Assembly: GCA_038087875.1 (NCBI GenBank)
Contig: CM075986.1
Coordinates: forward strand, 13,082,001 to 13,146,000
Direction: 5' to 3'
Source: Malacoraja senta
Taxonomy: Eukaryota
Length of the DNA stretch: 64,000 bases
The notes below the pieces were generated by a model, which was not told the origin of the DNA, did not search any database, and saw only the letters and a list, made by a program, of their open reading frames with translations. Both the position numbers and the translations under genes were made by a program. Shown in pieces: positions 1-12,773 of this stretch; within the stretch, counting starts at the first letter, position 1; each line of letters begins with the position of its first letter.

Positions 1-344
1 TCTTAAAATTTACCAGATTCACTAAGGCATTTTTCATCTTACAGTGTGACATCTTAGAAAACATGAAATTAAAGTCTGTTGGAGTATTGTATGAATAACT
101 TCCAATAGTCTGGAAAATTGCCATCTCTGGCACTGAAGTCCTACGGTGCCAAAATAGAGGTTTTATTGGAAGTTGAGATCCTTGCCGCTTTGGCAATTTT
201 CCACCTGTTGGTTTATACTGGATGAATATTATTTTCATAATTTTGTATGTGATTTGTCTGTGCCATCCAGTTACCGATTATTTTATCAGTAAGTCACTGG
301 GGAAAAAAATTGTGCAAGGAAGTATTTTCTGGAATAACAAGAAG

Positions 345-620
345 GGACTGAAGAAGGGTCCCAGCTCAAAACATTACCTATCCATTTTCTTTGGAGATGC
401 TTCTTCTTATCGAGTTCACATCACAAGATTAGAAATTGTTCAGCCAGAGCTGAATACACTTCTCGGCATCTGCATACAATGGCGTCTTGCCCTTCTTGTG
501 CTTCTTGTGCATGGTGGTGGAAAGATTGGTGGAAACAGGGCCGCAACGTGAATGCTTTTTCCTTGACCCGTCGAGAGATGCTGCCTGACCCGCTGAGTTA
601 CTCCAGAATTTTGTCCATCT
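345..620 (+). mobile_element. PLE terminal fragment interrupted by an insertion
   Basis: ctgaagaagggtc...gagatgct [insert] gcctgacccgctgagttactccag; same family as the other PLE termini in the window. Confidence 0.7.
402..574 (-). mobile_element. 3' fragment of a non-LTR retrotransposon (Vingi/Ingi-like)
   Basis: Flanked by an 8-bp TSD gagatgct (394-401, 575-582). Minus strand ends ...AEKCIQLWLNNF* followed by a short UTR and an (aag)n-like tail. Family assignment is from recalled C-termini only. Confidence 0.5.
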
Positions 621-979
621 GAGGTACTTTCTGGGATGCTTGGCACATTTCCTTCTGTTCTTTACAGTTGGTGATTGGGAATGGTCCACACAGGACAAGA
701 ATAATAAAAAACATATTTAGATCACTACAAGTGAGAGAAATATTCTTGCCATCAGCATTGAGAAGATGTGATAATTATCTTAACTTTGCTGCTGGTAACG
801 CTATTATTACCTCATGATCTTCAGGGCTGCAGCATTATGCAGCATTATGCAGCTCTGGCTGAACAGTTTCTCACAGAGAGAGAGCATAAGCCCAATACAT
901 TACACTGACTATCAAACACTTTTTTCTTCCCATCCTACCCTGACCACTTTAATCTACCCCTTCCAGATCGTACCCTCAT

Positions 980-1208
980 CTACACATTAGGGACAATTTG
1001 TACTGGTCACTAAACCAGTATACAAATCAATCCACTAACCCAAACAACTTTTCAATGGGAGAAAACTGAAGCACCTAGAGGAAACTTATGAGGTCACAGG
1101 GGGGACATGTAAATTCCACACACACAGTGCCAGAAGTCAAGATTGAACCAGGGTTGCTGGAGTTGTTTGCAGGTGACTGCATTAACTGCACCAATATGCC
1201 ACCATTGT
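980..1208 (-). mobile_element. Decayed tRNA-derived V-SINE (HE1-like)
   Basis: Reverse complement contains ggttcaatcttgac...gtgtgtggaatttacatgtcccc, a B-box plus V-domain-like segment. Confidence 0.65.
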
Positions 1209-1767
1209 GGTTGTTCAGTGGAGAAGCAAAATGATTGCTGTGCTCGTTTACTGTACGTAAGATGGTGATTGTTTTGTGTATAGTCCTGAGATTTACAAAA
1301 TTGTAAATTGTTCAAGTTGCATTAACTATAAATGTGAAATTGCTTTTGGCTGTTCTGAATGTATCACATAGCAATAAAATCTAAAATGGGTTAAAATCTA
1401 AAATGGGTATGTGGCATTTGCTGCTCCTAATTTGGATTTAAATTGTCATGGCTCAGGATTAAGGACTGGGCCAGGCGTGTGGTTATTGGATTTATTTTCC
1501 CCTCTGCTCCTTACATAGGTCCACATTTTTACTAACTGGTTCTGTACAGGATAGCAAACCAGGCCATTAGGCTGATTTTGTCCATGTTTGTGTTAAGTTT
1601 CATATAAACTTCCATCACCCTCATTTCCTAACTTGATTTTCATTGACTTTGGTTTACTTTTCGGTTGGCTTTTTAATTAAGCCTCCACTAAAATGCATCA
1701 ATGGTCCTCTGAACCACCAGTGTTGGCAAATTTCACATTCTGCCACTTTTATAATTTCTGAATTCAA

Positions 1768-2050
1768 GGACAGCAGGGTGGTGCATCTCATGCAGCTACA
1801 CCTCACAACTCTACTGACCTGGGTTCAGTCTTGACCCTCTGGTGCTGCCCGTATGGAGTTTGCACACTCTCCGTAACTACTGGGTTTCCTTCCACATCCC
1901 AAAGACTTGTGCTTTGGTGTGTATAATTAGCCATTGTCAATTTCTTCCAAGGTTTGTAAATGAATGGTAGAATCTGGAGGTATGATAGGTAAGGGGTGAT
2001 GAGTGTGGGCTCACTGGGCCGAAGTGCCTGTTTCTGTGCTGTATAACTCT
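1768..2050 (+). mobile_element. tRNA-derived V-SINE (HE1-like) with CR1-type tail
   Basis: gtggtgca (A-box-like), gggttcagtcttgacc (B-box-like), tatggagtttgcac (V-domain) and tail gggccgaagtgcctgtttctgtgctgtat. Confidence 0.75.
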
Positions 2051-2687
2051 CTTGACAATACTATAAGATTAAATTGTGATTATTTTATTTGCAGCTTCAG
2101 TTGTCTCTCTTACAGTGAGAGACCAGTTTGCCATGTCTCAGGTGATCTTAAAATCCCTATTTAGATTGTATCTCAGGACTCACAACCAGGGACTTACCAA
2201 ACATGTCAGGATGCATCTGTGGAGAGAGAACTATCTAGGTTCAGCTCAATCATCTTTTGTCAACTTGCATTCCAGAACTGGAGCTGCTAACAATCACATA
2301 ACAGTCTGACAATTTGGAGTGGATAGGTCGAGAGGTTATAATAATATAGACTTGATATCACTAAGGTTTATGTGAAAACGGACTTATTTTGTGATGAACA
2401 TTTTAGTAAATTGAGGATTATGGAAATACATGCATTGTTTGTTTTTGCACATTTATCTATCTGTGGCCTAGACCCTCCCCTGGTCATTTACCCCATTTTC
2501 TAAGGAGTATCCATTCGCTATGTCTTCCTACGAAGTATACCACTTGCTACTTGTCTGTGCAGTGGATCTACAGTCTATATCCACAATCAGACAATATGCT
2601 AAAATGGATTGAGTTTACAGGTCATGCTTTTATAGACTTTTATAGTCAGTTTGTTAAAGTTTTTCGCTATTTGGACTTTGGATTCCC

Positions 2688-3732
2688 TAGCAATGTTACA
2701 AAATTTTGAGATTTAAAAAATAAAGTCTGTAATTTATCCCATCAGATAAAGCATAAAAAGAAGTTTAATTTGACACCAAATTCATTTTCATATCTTCAGT
2801 ATTAAAAAAGTTATGGCCATTTTCATACTAGGAAATTAGCATCTTGTTCCCTATTGCTTTTCCATTGACTTAACACAAAAGCTGTGATCGAGGACAGTCA
2901 AAAGCCCATAACTTTCTTAAAAATTAAGAGAACTGAAAAAAAATTTAAGTTATTATAGATTGAAGCATTCTGAAACAAATATGAAACAATCTTACTTAGA
3001 TGACATGAAATTAAAGCATATAATTAGTTAGTTACCTAATTGTAGCTAATTACAACATTCAATTACTAGATCTAAACATCTATCAATATCAATTTCTTAA
3101 GAATAGATTAACATTTTTAAATAGCCTAAGTGTCCAAATAACATTCACACAAGAATTCACAATATAACATAATTTTTAAATCTCATTGTCATGGATTTAC
3201 AGGCCAAATGGAAGGAATTTAATGTTTAATACCTGTAAATTAATGGCCATTAAATAATCTTGCAAATGGGGTTTTCTGGAACGCGATCAATTGGAACGTT
3301 GATTTGCGGTGAATTTAACCCCGTATCGGCATGAAAAATTCTGCCGTTAGTTCGGGGAAAAGAATTACCATTTCGCATTGAAAAATGTGAATTAAAGGCT
3401 TCTTAAGAAGCACTTCTATACATTAAAAAAAACTAGTTTCGTTTACCTGTCCCATGTGTGAAATCCGTCCCCGTTGTCGGCGTTGACGGCTTCAGAAGCT
3501 GATTTTAAAATGACTCCAGCACTGCAGAGTCGATCGAATTTTTAAAAAAAATACACAAAACGCCCGTAGGAACGATTTTTCAGCAAACGCTTGCACCCCA
3601 ATGAAATATTAACCAGGACAAGGTAGGAGAAACCCACGTTTTAACACCCCCCCCCTTAAAGGCGCCAAAATTGCGCACACGGCCAGTGGCAGAATTGCAG
3701 CGCCGCTGAAGGTAAGTATTGTAACATACCTA
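2688..3732. mobile_element. Non-autonomous DNA transposon, copy 1 (~1045 bp)
   Basis: Imperfect TIRs tagcaatgttacaaaa / tattgtaacataccta; flanks gattccc(t) and cattccct; near-identical second copy at 51863-52909; no transposase ORF. Confidence 0.85.
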
Positions 3733-4789
3733 CATTCCCTCCTGTCTGCCAGCAAACAAATATATTGGTGTTCTCTGAAAAATGTTAAATATTATTAATG
3801 TAGTGAACAACCTGTATTGGCAGATTCTTGCAAAGCACCTCTTCCCACCTTCCCACCTTAATGTTTTGTATCCAGTGTGTAAAATCTTGCAGCCTTGTTA
3901 CCATAGCAACTTAAATACAGAGGCACAAAAGCTACCACCTCCTAGAATGAATTTGATCAATTTTCATAGACTGTGGAATGAAGCTGTACATGGTGCTGTA
4001 ATCTATTGTTATGCACTTTGGTTTCTAATTTTTCATTTCAGATGCGGCAAGCCATCATCGTTTGCTTTTATTGATTGAATTCAATAGCAGATCACCACTC
4101 ATTCATGTGGTTAAATTGCGATTGTTGAAATTTGCACTTTATATACAATTGCCTGATGGTATTATGCTACAGCTACCATTGTAACTATTACTCTTCACCT
4201 CTGTATGCTGGCACCGCAAAAAAAACAGATCTGTGCGTGAATTGGTTATCAGAGCTTTAAAGCAAGCTACATTTATAGTGTTAAAAAGTATTATTGAAAA
4301 ATTTGACCTCAAGATGGAACTGATGCTGATATGGTCATGTTAATTTATTGCCACATTTAGTTTCCTAGAGAAGTTCCATAGCTTTCTTGAATAAAAAATG
4401 TAATTATCTATTCATCGTTAATTTAAGATACTTCATGGCTTCCTTTGTGAACATCATAAATGAACTGAGTGATTTTTTATTTATTGTGCAGCAGTTTAAT
4501 GCATTTGGCATCTGCAATCAAATCAACATTACATTTTGAGATTTTCTTTGTGGGATTTGAATCTCTTTCCTAAAAATATTTTAGAAAGATGCTCTGGTTA
4601 GTATCCAAGTCCAAACCTGATTCTCACTATTTTAGCCTGTGCATGACTTTTACAAATACTTTTTGGAGAGACTATTTAAATGTAAAGGTTTCCATTTGGA
4701 TAATCCATATGGCATTGCATCCTCCAAAAACAAAGCAAGTGGTTAATTTCTGAATTCATCTGAGCAATTATCGACTAGATTATACCAAT

Positions 4790-6545
4790 TGTCAAATTAC
4801 ATTTATTGTCATATGCACATGTCCCATGAGGTACAGATACAATGACAATCTTGCTTGAAACAGCATTACAGGCAAATAGGCTCAAGACTACACACAAAAC
4901 GCCAAGTAAATATAAATTATACAGGACAGTGAAATGAAAAAGACTGCAAATAAACAAGACATTTGTGCAAAACATAATTAAACAACATATGCGGTAGTGC
5001 AAGAGGAGTTCTGTAGTCTTCTCTTACTGAGGTAAGAACAGGGTTGTGCAGATCGGTTCAAAACCAGATATTTTTAGGATAATAACTGAACCTGGTATTG
5101 AAGGACTTTAGGCTTTTGTACCTCCTATCCAAATGGTAATAGTGAGAAGAGGGCAGGAAGTACAGAAGATGATGAGGATCCTTGATAGATGTCTCCTATT
5201 TGAAGCAGAGCCTCCTATAGATGCTTTTGAGGATGTTACTAGGAAAATGGACAAGGGAGAGCCAGTAGATGTAGTGTACCTGGACTTTCAGAAAGCATTT
5301 GATAAGGTCCCACATAGGAGATTAGTGGGCAAAATTAGAACACATGGTATTGGGGGTAGGGTGCTGACATGGAAAGAAAATGGGTTGGTAGACAGGAAAC
5401 AAAGAGTAGGGATTAACGGGTCCCTTTCAGAATGGCAAGCAGTGACTAGTGGAGTACTGCAAGCCTCTGTGCTGCAACTGCAGCTATTTACAATATGCAT
5501 TAATGATTTAGATGAAGGGATTAAAAGTAACATTAGTAAATTTGCAGATGACACAAAGCTGGGTGGCAGTGTGAACTGTGAAGAGGATGCTATGAAGATG
5601 CACTGTGACTTGGACAGGTTGGGTGAGTGGACAGATGCATGGCAGATGCAGTTTAATGTGGATAAATGTGAGGTTATCCACTTTGGTGGCAAAAATAGGA
5701 AGGCAGATTATTATCTAAATGGAGTCAAGTTGGGAAAAGGGGAAGTACAACTGGGGGTCCTTGTTCATCAGTCAATGACAGTAAGCATGCAGGTACAGCA
5801 GGCAGTGAAGAAAGCAAATGTTGGCCTTCATAACAAGAGGAGTTGAGTATCGGAGCAAAGAGGTCCTTCTGTAGTTGTACAAGGCCCTAGTGAGACGACA
5901 CCTGGAGTTTTGTGTGCAGTTTTGGTCGCCCAATTTGAGGAAGGACGTTCTTGCTATTGAGGGAGTGCAGCGTAGGTTCACCAGGTTAATTCCCGGGATG
6001 ACGGGACTGTCATATATCGATAGAATGGAGTGGCTGGGCTTGTATATTCTGGAATTTAGAAGAATGAGAGGGGATCCTATTGAAACATTTAAGATATAGG
6101 ACATGCTAGAGGCAGGAAACGTGTTCCCGATGTTGGGGGGAGTCCAGAACCAGGGGCCACAGTTTATGAATAAGGGGTAAGCCATTTAGAGCGAAGATGA
6201 GGAAAAACATTTTCACACAGAGTTGTGAGTCTGTGGAATTCTCTGCCTCAGAGGGCGGTGGAGGCTTGTTCTCTGGATGCTTTCAAGAGAGAGCTATATA
6301 GAGCTCTTAAAGAAAGCGGAGTCAAGGGATATGGGGAGAAGGCAGGAACGGGGTACTGATTGTGGATGATCAGCCATGATCACATTGAATGATGGTGCTG
6401 AATGGCCTACTCCTGCACCTATTGTCTATTGTCTATTGATAGTGGGATGGCATGCCTGCAATGGACTAGACTGAGTCCTCCACCCCCTGTAGCCTCTTGT
6501 GTTCTTGTACATTAGAATTATCGAACCAGGCCATGATGCCAAGTC
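4790..6545 (-). mobile_element. Decayed Rex1/Babar-like LINE 3' end, split by a CR1 insertion
   Basis: Minus-strand remnants ALFSLLP..RRYKSLKS (~5100-5155) and AWFDNSNVQEHKRLQ (~6490-6535); 3' tail atgacaataaa near 4800. Confidence 0.6.
5226..6438 (+). mobile_element. CR1 LINE 3' portion (RT domain, 5'-truncated)
   Basis: VDVVYLDFQKAFDKVPHRRL, SKFADDTKLGG and FCVQFWSP motifs; 3' UTR ending in (tattgtc)n; stops and frameshifts present. Confidence 0.93.
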
Positions 6546-6879
6546 AAGACACCTACTGGTATTCTGCAAGATATCTCTTTGCACTTGTTTTGTATTAATA
6601 TATCAATCACCCGGTACTGCTTTGTAAAAAAAATCTTTCTTAAAGTGCACTGGGTTCCTGTCCACTACATCTATCTAATAATAGCTTCACAATAATAGTC
6701 AACCTGTATTTTAGTATTTGTGGGCAAATGCTAAAATACACCATTGTTACTCGTTTCAAGCCTTTACCATCCAATTTGGATCAAATAAATACATTTTGAT
6801 TTTTAAGAGTGCATATTGCTCCTTCCTCTGGTAAATACTTGGAGGAACCAATCATTTATTAATTTAACTCCAGAGTTGT

Positions 6880-7550
6880 TGAGTCATAGAGCATTGCAAT
6901 CGGCCTTTGGCCCATCTCATTCATGCTGACCAAGTACTATCTAAGCTGTCAGGGTTTGCCATTTGCCTGCTATATCCCTTTAGGCCCATATCCCTTTGAG
7001 CCTTTCCTATCCATGTACCTGCTAAATATTGTTTTAAATATTGCTATTGTACATATCTCCACACCTCTTCTGGCAGCTCCTTCCATTTACCTACCATCAT
7101 CTGTGTGGAAAAAGTTAACGCTCATGTTCATGTCAAATCTTCCCCCTCTCGCCTTAAAGTTATTCCCTCTAGTTCTGGATTCCCCTGTCCTCCGGAAAAG
7201 AGTCTGTACATTCACCCTATCCATTCCCCTTATGATTTTATACTGCTGTTAAATTCCCCCTCAGCTTCTTACGTTCCAAGGAATAAGGTCCTGCTCTACC
7301 CAACCTCTCCCAATAGCTCAGGCCTTGAATCCTGGTAACATCCATGTAAATCTTCTCTGCATTCTTTCTAGCTTAATGGCATCTTTTCTATAGGAGAGGC
7401 CAAAACGGAATACAGTACTCCAAGTGCGGCCTCACCAATGTCTTTTGTAATTGTAACATAATGTCCCAACTTCCATATTCAATTCCCTGACTGATAAAGG
7501 CCAACATGCCAAAAGCGGCCTTTAACAGCCTATCTACTTGCGATGCCAAT
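6880..7550 (-). mobile_element. CR1 LINE 3' fragment
   Basis: Minus-strand AFGMLAFISQGIEY..LVRPHLEYC..FW motif plus CR1 3' UTR. Confidence 0.85.
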
Positions 7551-7599
7551 TTTTTCCTAAAATTTAAAATGTTTCCCTTCATTATTGGCCTGAAAAGCA

Positions 7600-10500
7600 T
7601 ATTTTACAATGTCTGCCTCACTGATTCATCATAATGCTGAGAGTGTTTCTTTCTTTTTCATTCAGAATTTGCAGAGATACTTTGCCAGAGGTCCCTTGGA
7701 CTCTGGAGCCATGCTTGTAATATGTCCTTGCAGATTTTCATGTTTATCCCACTGAATACCCAACACCTTTCCCTCCAAAGTTGTTTTTATTCTCCTAATT
7801 CAAAGCTAGTTAAGTACTTTCTCATTCCAGTTTTCTATGCTCTCTACATAAAGAGCTTTGTGCCTTAAATAAATGATTGGTCTGTTTGTAAGTTCCTTTG
7901 TCTTGAAAGCATTCTCAGTTGTAAGAGTAATACAATTATATTAAAATAATTTTGTCAGACATTTATTCATTTTCAACTACTTGAGCTCCCCAGCTTTATA
8001 AAATGCTGAATGTATTTTCCATTCATTACCGTGGGATTTTGAAGCTGTTTTTGCAAGCATGTCCTTTCTTTCCTGGTTTTTCTTTCGATCTTTCATGTCA
8101 CGGGCTCTGTCCCAGAACCCTGCTAATCTTTCCTCCATAGGATCTGCTGCAGCTATTGGTAAATGTTTTACCATCCAACATGTTTGGACAGTGTGACAAC
8201 CCAACTATCCAGCTTCCAGCAAAAAAAGCTGTTTAAAAAGTCATATTTATTTTTACCTTGTATTTCTTGCATTGCTGCTTCATTCATAGCATAAATTACA
8301 CAGTGGGAAATACCACAATAACTGAGTACAATCTTGCTTTAATACTACGTTCCTAAGTTTATTAGTGGCACCATTTGCTTATGGCGGGATATTATGTATT
8401 GAATTATCCGAAAGCAGCAGTTGGGTGCAAGATAACTGTTCCAGACCTCCGCATTTACACAGCAGGAGACAGCAGCTGCTCTTCCCAATTAACGTTTGAT
8501 GGAGCAGAATGCTTCCCTGCACAGCATGGATGGTTTGTACTGCACTTTACTGGCAGACATTGTAATCCAATTCAACAGCTTGCCTTTTGGGATAAATGGC
8601 ACTCTTCTGCTTACATTGCAATGAACACTGTCAATACAAAGTGAAGATTCAATTTCCAATATATCTCCCATTACTTGATGCTCCACATACAAAAATTATT
8701 GTGAGGTTATTTTCTTACACGATAGAATTCTGTAGAAGACACTCCTGGATATAGACACACTAAATCTTATGAAGCCATTGTTTAGTTTCATAACCAAAGC
8801 ACTTAATGGAAATCACAGTATGCTTTAATATACCTATTTGGACCTATTGGATAAAAGCACAACTTACTATGTTTAATCCCGAAATTCAAACAGCACCATC
8901 AATGATGAATCTTTCAAAACTCATAAACAATATGTAATAGGCACACATGTCCATTCTTCCATTGAATCAGAAGCTAAGGACTTATCTAAACTGTTAGGTT
9001 CACATAACAGCAATGTGACTAAATAGAAATGAATTGGCTTGTAAACTGTTATTCACACTGAATAGCTGTTTATTTTTACCTACATTGATCAGTCCTCTTC
9101 AAAGCTAAAAAAATATTGAGTTCTTTGAATGCACGCACTGAATAATGCAATTTTTTTTTTTTGTCAATAAAATATAGGAAATACATTGGGAATTTTCTTC
9201 AGAGAACAACTGAATAATTACTTGATGTTTTTTAGCACTAGTCAATGAAGCCTTCAGGGATAGATCACTGTTACCAAGCAACCAACCTAACAGAATACAC
9301 TAATTTTTATTTTTAACATTCCGGTTCACAAATATAATTCAAGTTGTTTCATAGAGAACAAACGCATCAATGATTTACAAAAGTGAGATTTATGATCAAA
9401 ATCGTGTACCATCAAATACATAACCTGTTATTTCAGATGTACGTCCTATTCACAAATAGCTTGACAAATCTGGTTAATTATCACCTAATGACTGTACTCT
9501 CAATCATCATCAAAATGATGACAATAGTGCTGTCAACTGCTACTTTCTTATCAATAACAGACTCAGTGATGCCCATTTTATGTTCTGCCAGAACCACTTG
9601 GCTGCAGACATAATTATAGACTTGGTCTAAAATGTCCCACGGATCTGAGTTATGGAGGTGAGATGTCTTCACCTCCAAGCTTGCATTTGACCAATTGTGG
9701 CATCAAAGCACTCAAAGCAAAAGTAAAATTGATATTAAAGGGCATTAAAGTGAAAACTCCTGTGGTGCCGCCATTCCTCACACAAAGGAAGAGGTTTCTG
9801 GAAGTCCATCATACTGATTTAAAAAATCAGCGATCCTAGATTCTGAAAATGATTTTTTTTAAAGAACGGAGGGACTTGAATGTGAGTGTGTTGAACACTA
9901 AGCTGTTGAATGTGGGATGTCTATTTAATTTGTAAGAAAAGTATGCATCCCAGGCACGTACAGCATTGCATAAGGGGCAAAGTTTTTTCTTGGAATCTGA
10001 CAACTTCACCATTGTACAAGGGCTAGAAGGACTTCAGGAGTTCTTTGTGAAACATAAATTGATTACAGTAATCAATTACTGTATGGACATTGGGAATTGA
10101 TATTGGATTAATTAACTAATAAGGGTGGGCAAAGAGAAATATATGAGGATGGGGAAAATGGAAGAATTTAAGTATTGTATTGTGTAGGAAGGAACTACAG
10201 ATGCTGGTTTAAACCGAAGATAGACACACAAAGCTGGAGTAACTGAGCGGGACAGGTAGCATCTCTGGAGAGAAGGAATGGGTGACGTTTTGGGTCGAGA
10301 CCCTTCATCAGACGGAGATTTAAGGAAGGTATTTCCAGACTGAAAATAGCCAATACTGGTGAGCCATGGGGAGGGTGGATGCGGTATTGGAGACGACTCC
10401 AGTGATATAAAGAGATCGATTGATATCCAAAAAATGATCACATTAACTTTGGGTATGATAATATTAGAAAAGATACAAGGCCGATCTGTTTGTTATCAAT

Positions 10501-11500
10501 GTACATGTGAAAACTGACTCAGTAATCTGTGGGTGATGCTATAAAAAGGACAAACTGATAATCATGGGGAATATTTAGAAGATTTCCAAAATGACAATTT
10601 GTGCAAGGAAAGACCACAAGTTCTTCCATTGCTAATTAAGGTTTCGACTTCCTGAACCCTGAGACACTAGGGATAATTTTACAATCATATCACTGCTTGC
10701 ATCAATCTGAATGAAGAAGCTGATGGGATCATATTAGGGATCTGTAGAATAAAATGGTTGAGCTAATGTGGAAGTTGTTTCGTTTTTATTAAATTAACAA
10801 GCAAAATACTAATCCTCCTAAATACTTTTACTTATTTAAAGGCCAGAAATGTATTCCAATAGAACATGCAGAATAACATATTAACAACGAACCTGCAGTT
10901 CAGTCAAATACATCTAATGATGACAAACTATGCAGGATTTTATTTTGTATTAAGCCATTAGTCATTTGTGTCGGCATCAATCATTCACTTCTGCCGGAAC
11001 TTTGATTACTGTAATCAATTTACGTTTCACAAAGACCTCCTGAAGTCCCTCTAGCCCAGGCTTTCTAGAATCATAAAACTCACACCGGAGAAGAAAGATG
11101 AAGTATGCTGTCAACATATTCAATGCAAGCCAACAATCTTCAATTATTAAGGAAGACCCAACCACTGACCTCTTTGCGAATCACCAGGTTCATAACTAAA
11201 TATATTTCATTGAGTGATTGTAAACATTTATTCATCTGTTTACCATCATTGCATTTTGAGAAGTCTCAATATTTGAAAAATCTCAGATTTTTCTCAATGC
11301 AAAGAAAGTTTCACTAATTTTGGGTGTAAGTTCCCTTTATTTTAATGCTCCGATTTGTTAGAGATTGTGTCAAAAATGTCTGTGAATATGCAATTGGCAG
11401 CATTAGATCATTGCTGTTTCAGCATAACACTTATTAGTTAGTTAGATGATGTTGGAGTACATAAAGAGTAAGTGACACAAGCTCAGCCTGTGTCTGCAGG
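7600..11500 (-). mobile_element. Heavily decayed Ty3/Gypsy-type (or retroviral) pol fossil
   Basis: Ordered minus-strand motifs across frames: CIEYVDSIL (11107-11118, YxDD-like), LQEVF, FFIQIDASSD (10695-10706, RNase H TDAS-like), HNSD..GHF..KWFWQN (9582-9654, integrase zinc finger), LL*IIDAF (~9370) and P*ANG (8370-8384, YHPQxNG-like). Confidence 0.55.
10181..10313 (-). mobile_element. PLE terminal repeat with hammerhead-like core
   Basis: Reverse complement ctgatgaagggtctcgacccaaaacgtcacccattccttctctccagagatgct... Confidence 0.8.
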
Positions 11501-11534
11501 CCATTCACCCACCCAAATTCTCCACCTTGACCTT

Positions 11535-12366
11535 GTACAATATACAATACAATATTTATTCATTGTCATCTGAACCTCAATGAGGCTCAAACAAAACTCT
11601 ATTTCTACAGCCATACAAACAAAACAAATTTCTACAAGACACACACACAATTCAATTCACATAAACATCCATCACAGTGAATCTCCTCCTCACTGTGATG
11701 GAAGGCAAAGTCTTTTCTCTCCCCCGATGTTAAAGCCGTTAAAGGCTGGCGATGGTAAGTCCCACGGCCGTTGAGGCCGCGCCGGGCGATGTACGGCCCC
11801 GCTCCAGGTCTTAATGTCTCAACGGGGAGCCCCCGGCGGGCATTGGAATGTCCCGCGTCCGTTAAAGCCGCGCCGGGCGATGTACGGCCCCGCTCCGGGT
11901 CGTTCCAACCCCGCGACACGGGCGGGAGAAGTTGCGTTGCGGGAGCTCCGAAAAGCGGTCTCTCACCAGGCACCCACAAGCTCCCGATGTTCCTGTCCAC
12001 CGGGCCTGCGGCTGGAGCCTCCGAGCTCCGGAGTTGGGCCGCAGCAGCGAGCCACCACCGCTCCCCACGCTCCAAAGCCGGCCAGCCCCACGATGGTAAG
12101 TAGTCCACAGGCTCCGCGACTGGAGCCCCCAGGTCGTTCCGGTTGGAGGCCGCTCCACGGTACTAGGCCCCAACAACAATGGAGACCCGACAGGAAAAAG
12201 GTCAGGTCTCCCGTGCAGGGAAGAGATTTTAAAACATCCCCCGCCCCCCACATATACACAGCCAAAAACAGTATAAAAGAACACAACAACTACATTTAAC
12301 TAGACAACAACTACATTTAACTAGACAGGTTGCAGGGGCCACTGCAACGTGAGTCACACCGCCAAC
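11535..12366 (-). mobile_element. GC-rich non-autonomous retroelement family, copy A
   Basis: 30-bp internal direct repeat (11776-11805, 11867-11896); 3' hairpin block shared with copies near 16.9, 27.6 and 47.0 kb; atgacaat..aataaa(tattg)n tail. Confidence 0.65.
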
Positions 12367-12653
12367 TGGAAAACTTGTATTCTCAGGAGGTAATTTCTAC
12401 AGAGTATCAATATAAGGAAGCACAACTGTGGGATATTAATCAGTTTTTCTGTTTTCCACCTGGTGCAAAAGGCATATGTACATGTGCTCCCATCAGTTTT
12501 GCATGCTGCACAGAGCATCTCATCCTGCCCCAACTTACTGCCCACAGGCATCGAACCCATAAGATATTCTCTCTCTCTCGTGCTCTCTCGTGCTCTCTCT
12601 CGCTCTCTCGTCCCAGTGCAGGACAATCATCTATCAAGGGTCACTAGTTTATT

Positions 12654-12773
12654 TGTGGCCCTTTCTCCTGACTCTCAGTCTGAAGAAGGGTCTAGACCCA
12701 AAATGCCACCTATTCCTTTTCTCCAGAGAAGTTATCTGACCCGCTGCGTCACTCCAGCTTTTTGTGTCTATCT
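12654..12773 (+). mobile_element. PLE terminal repeat
   Basis: cagtctgaagaagggtctagacccaaaatgcc...; 13-bp TSD tcactag(t/c)ttatt at 12641-12653 and 12774-12786. Confidence 0.8.

Noticed and set aside
2076-2309. ORF containing LWRENYLGS, resembling the AWEGNYLAS of the missing myo1d exon
   Set aside because: It lies upstream of the preceding exon and the rest of the peptide does not match; chance similarity.
10020-11057. Reading the 56-bp inverted repeat as MITE TIRs
   Set aside because: No TSD, and the interior is colinear with the flanking pol-like motifs.
11632-12299. Overlapping 100-160 aa ORFs on both strands (also at 22877-23744 and 27020-27772)
   Set aside because: Stop-poor GC-rich repeats or ORFs running through N-gaps; no domain or splice support.
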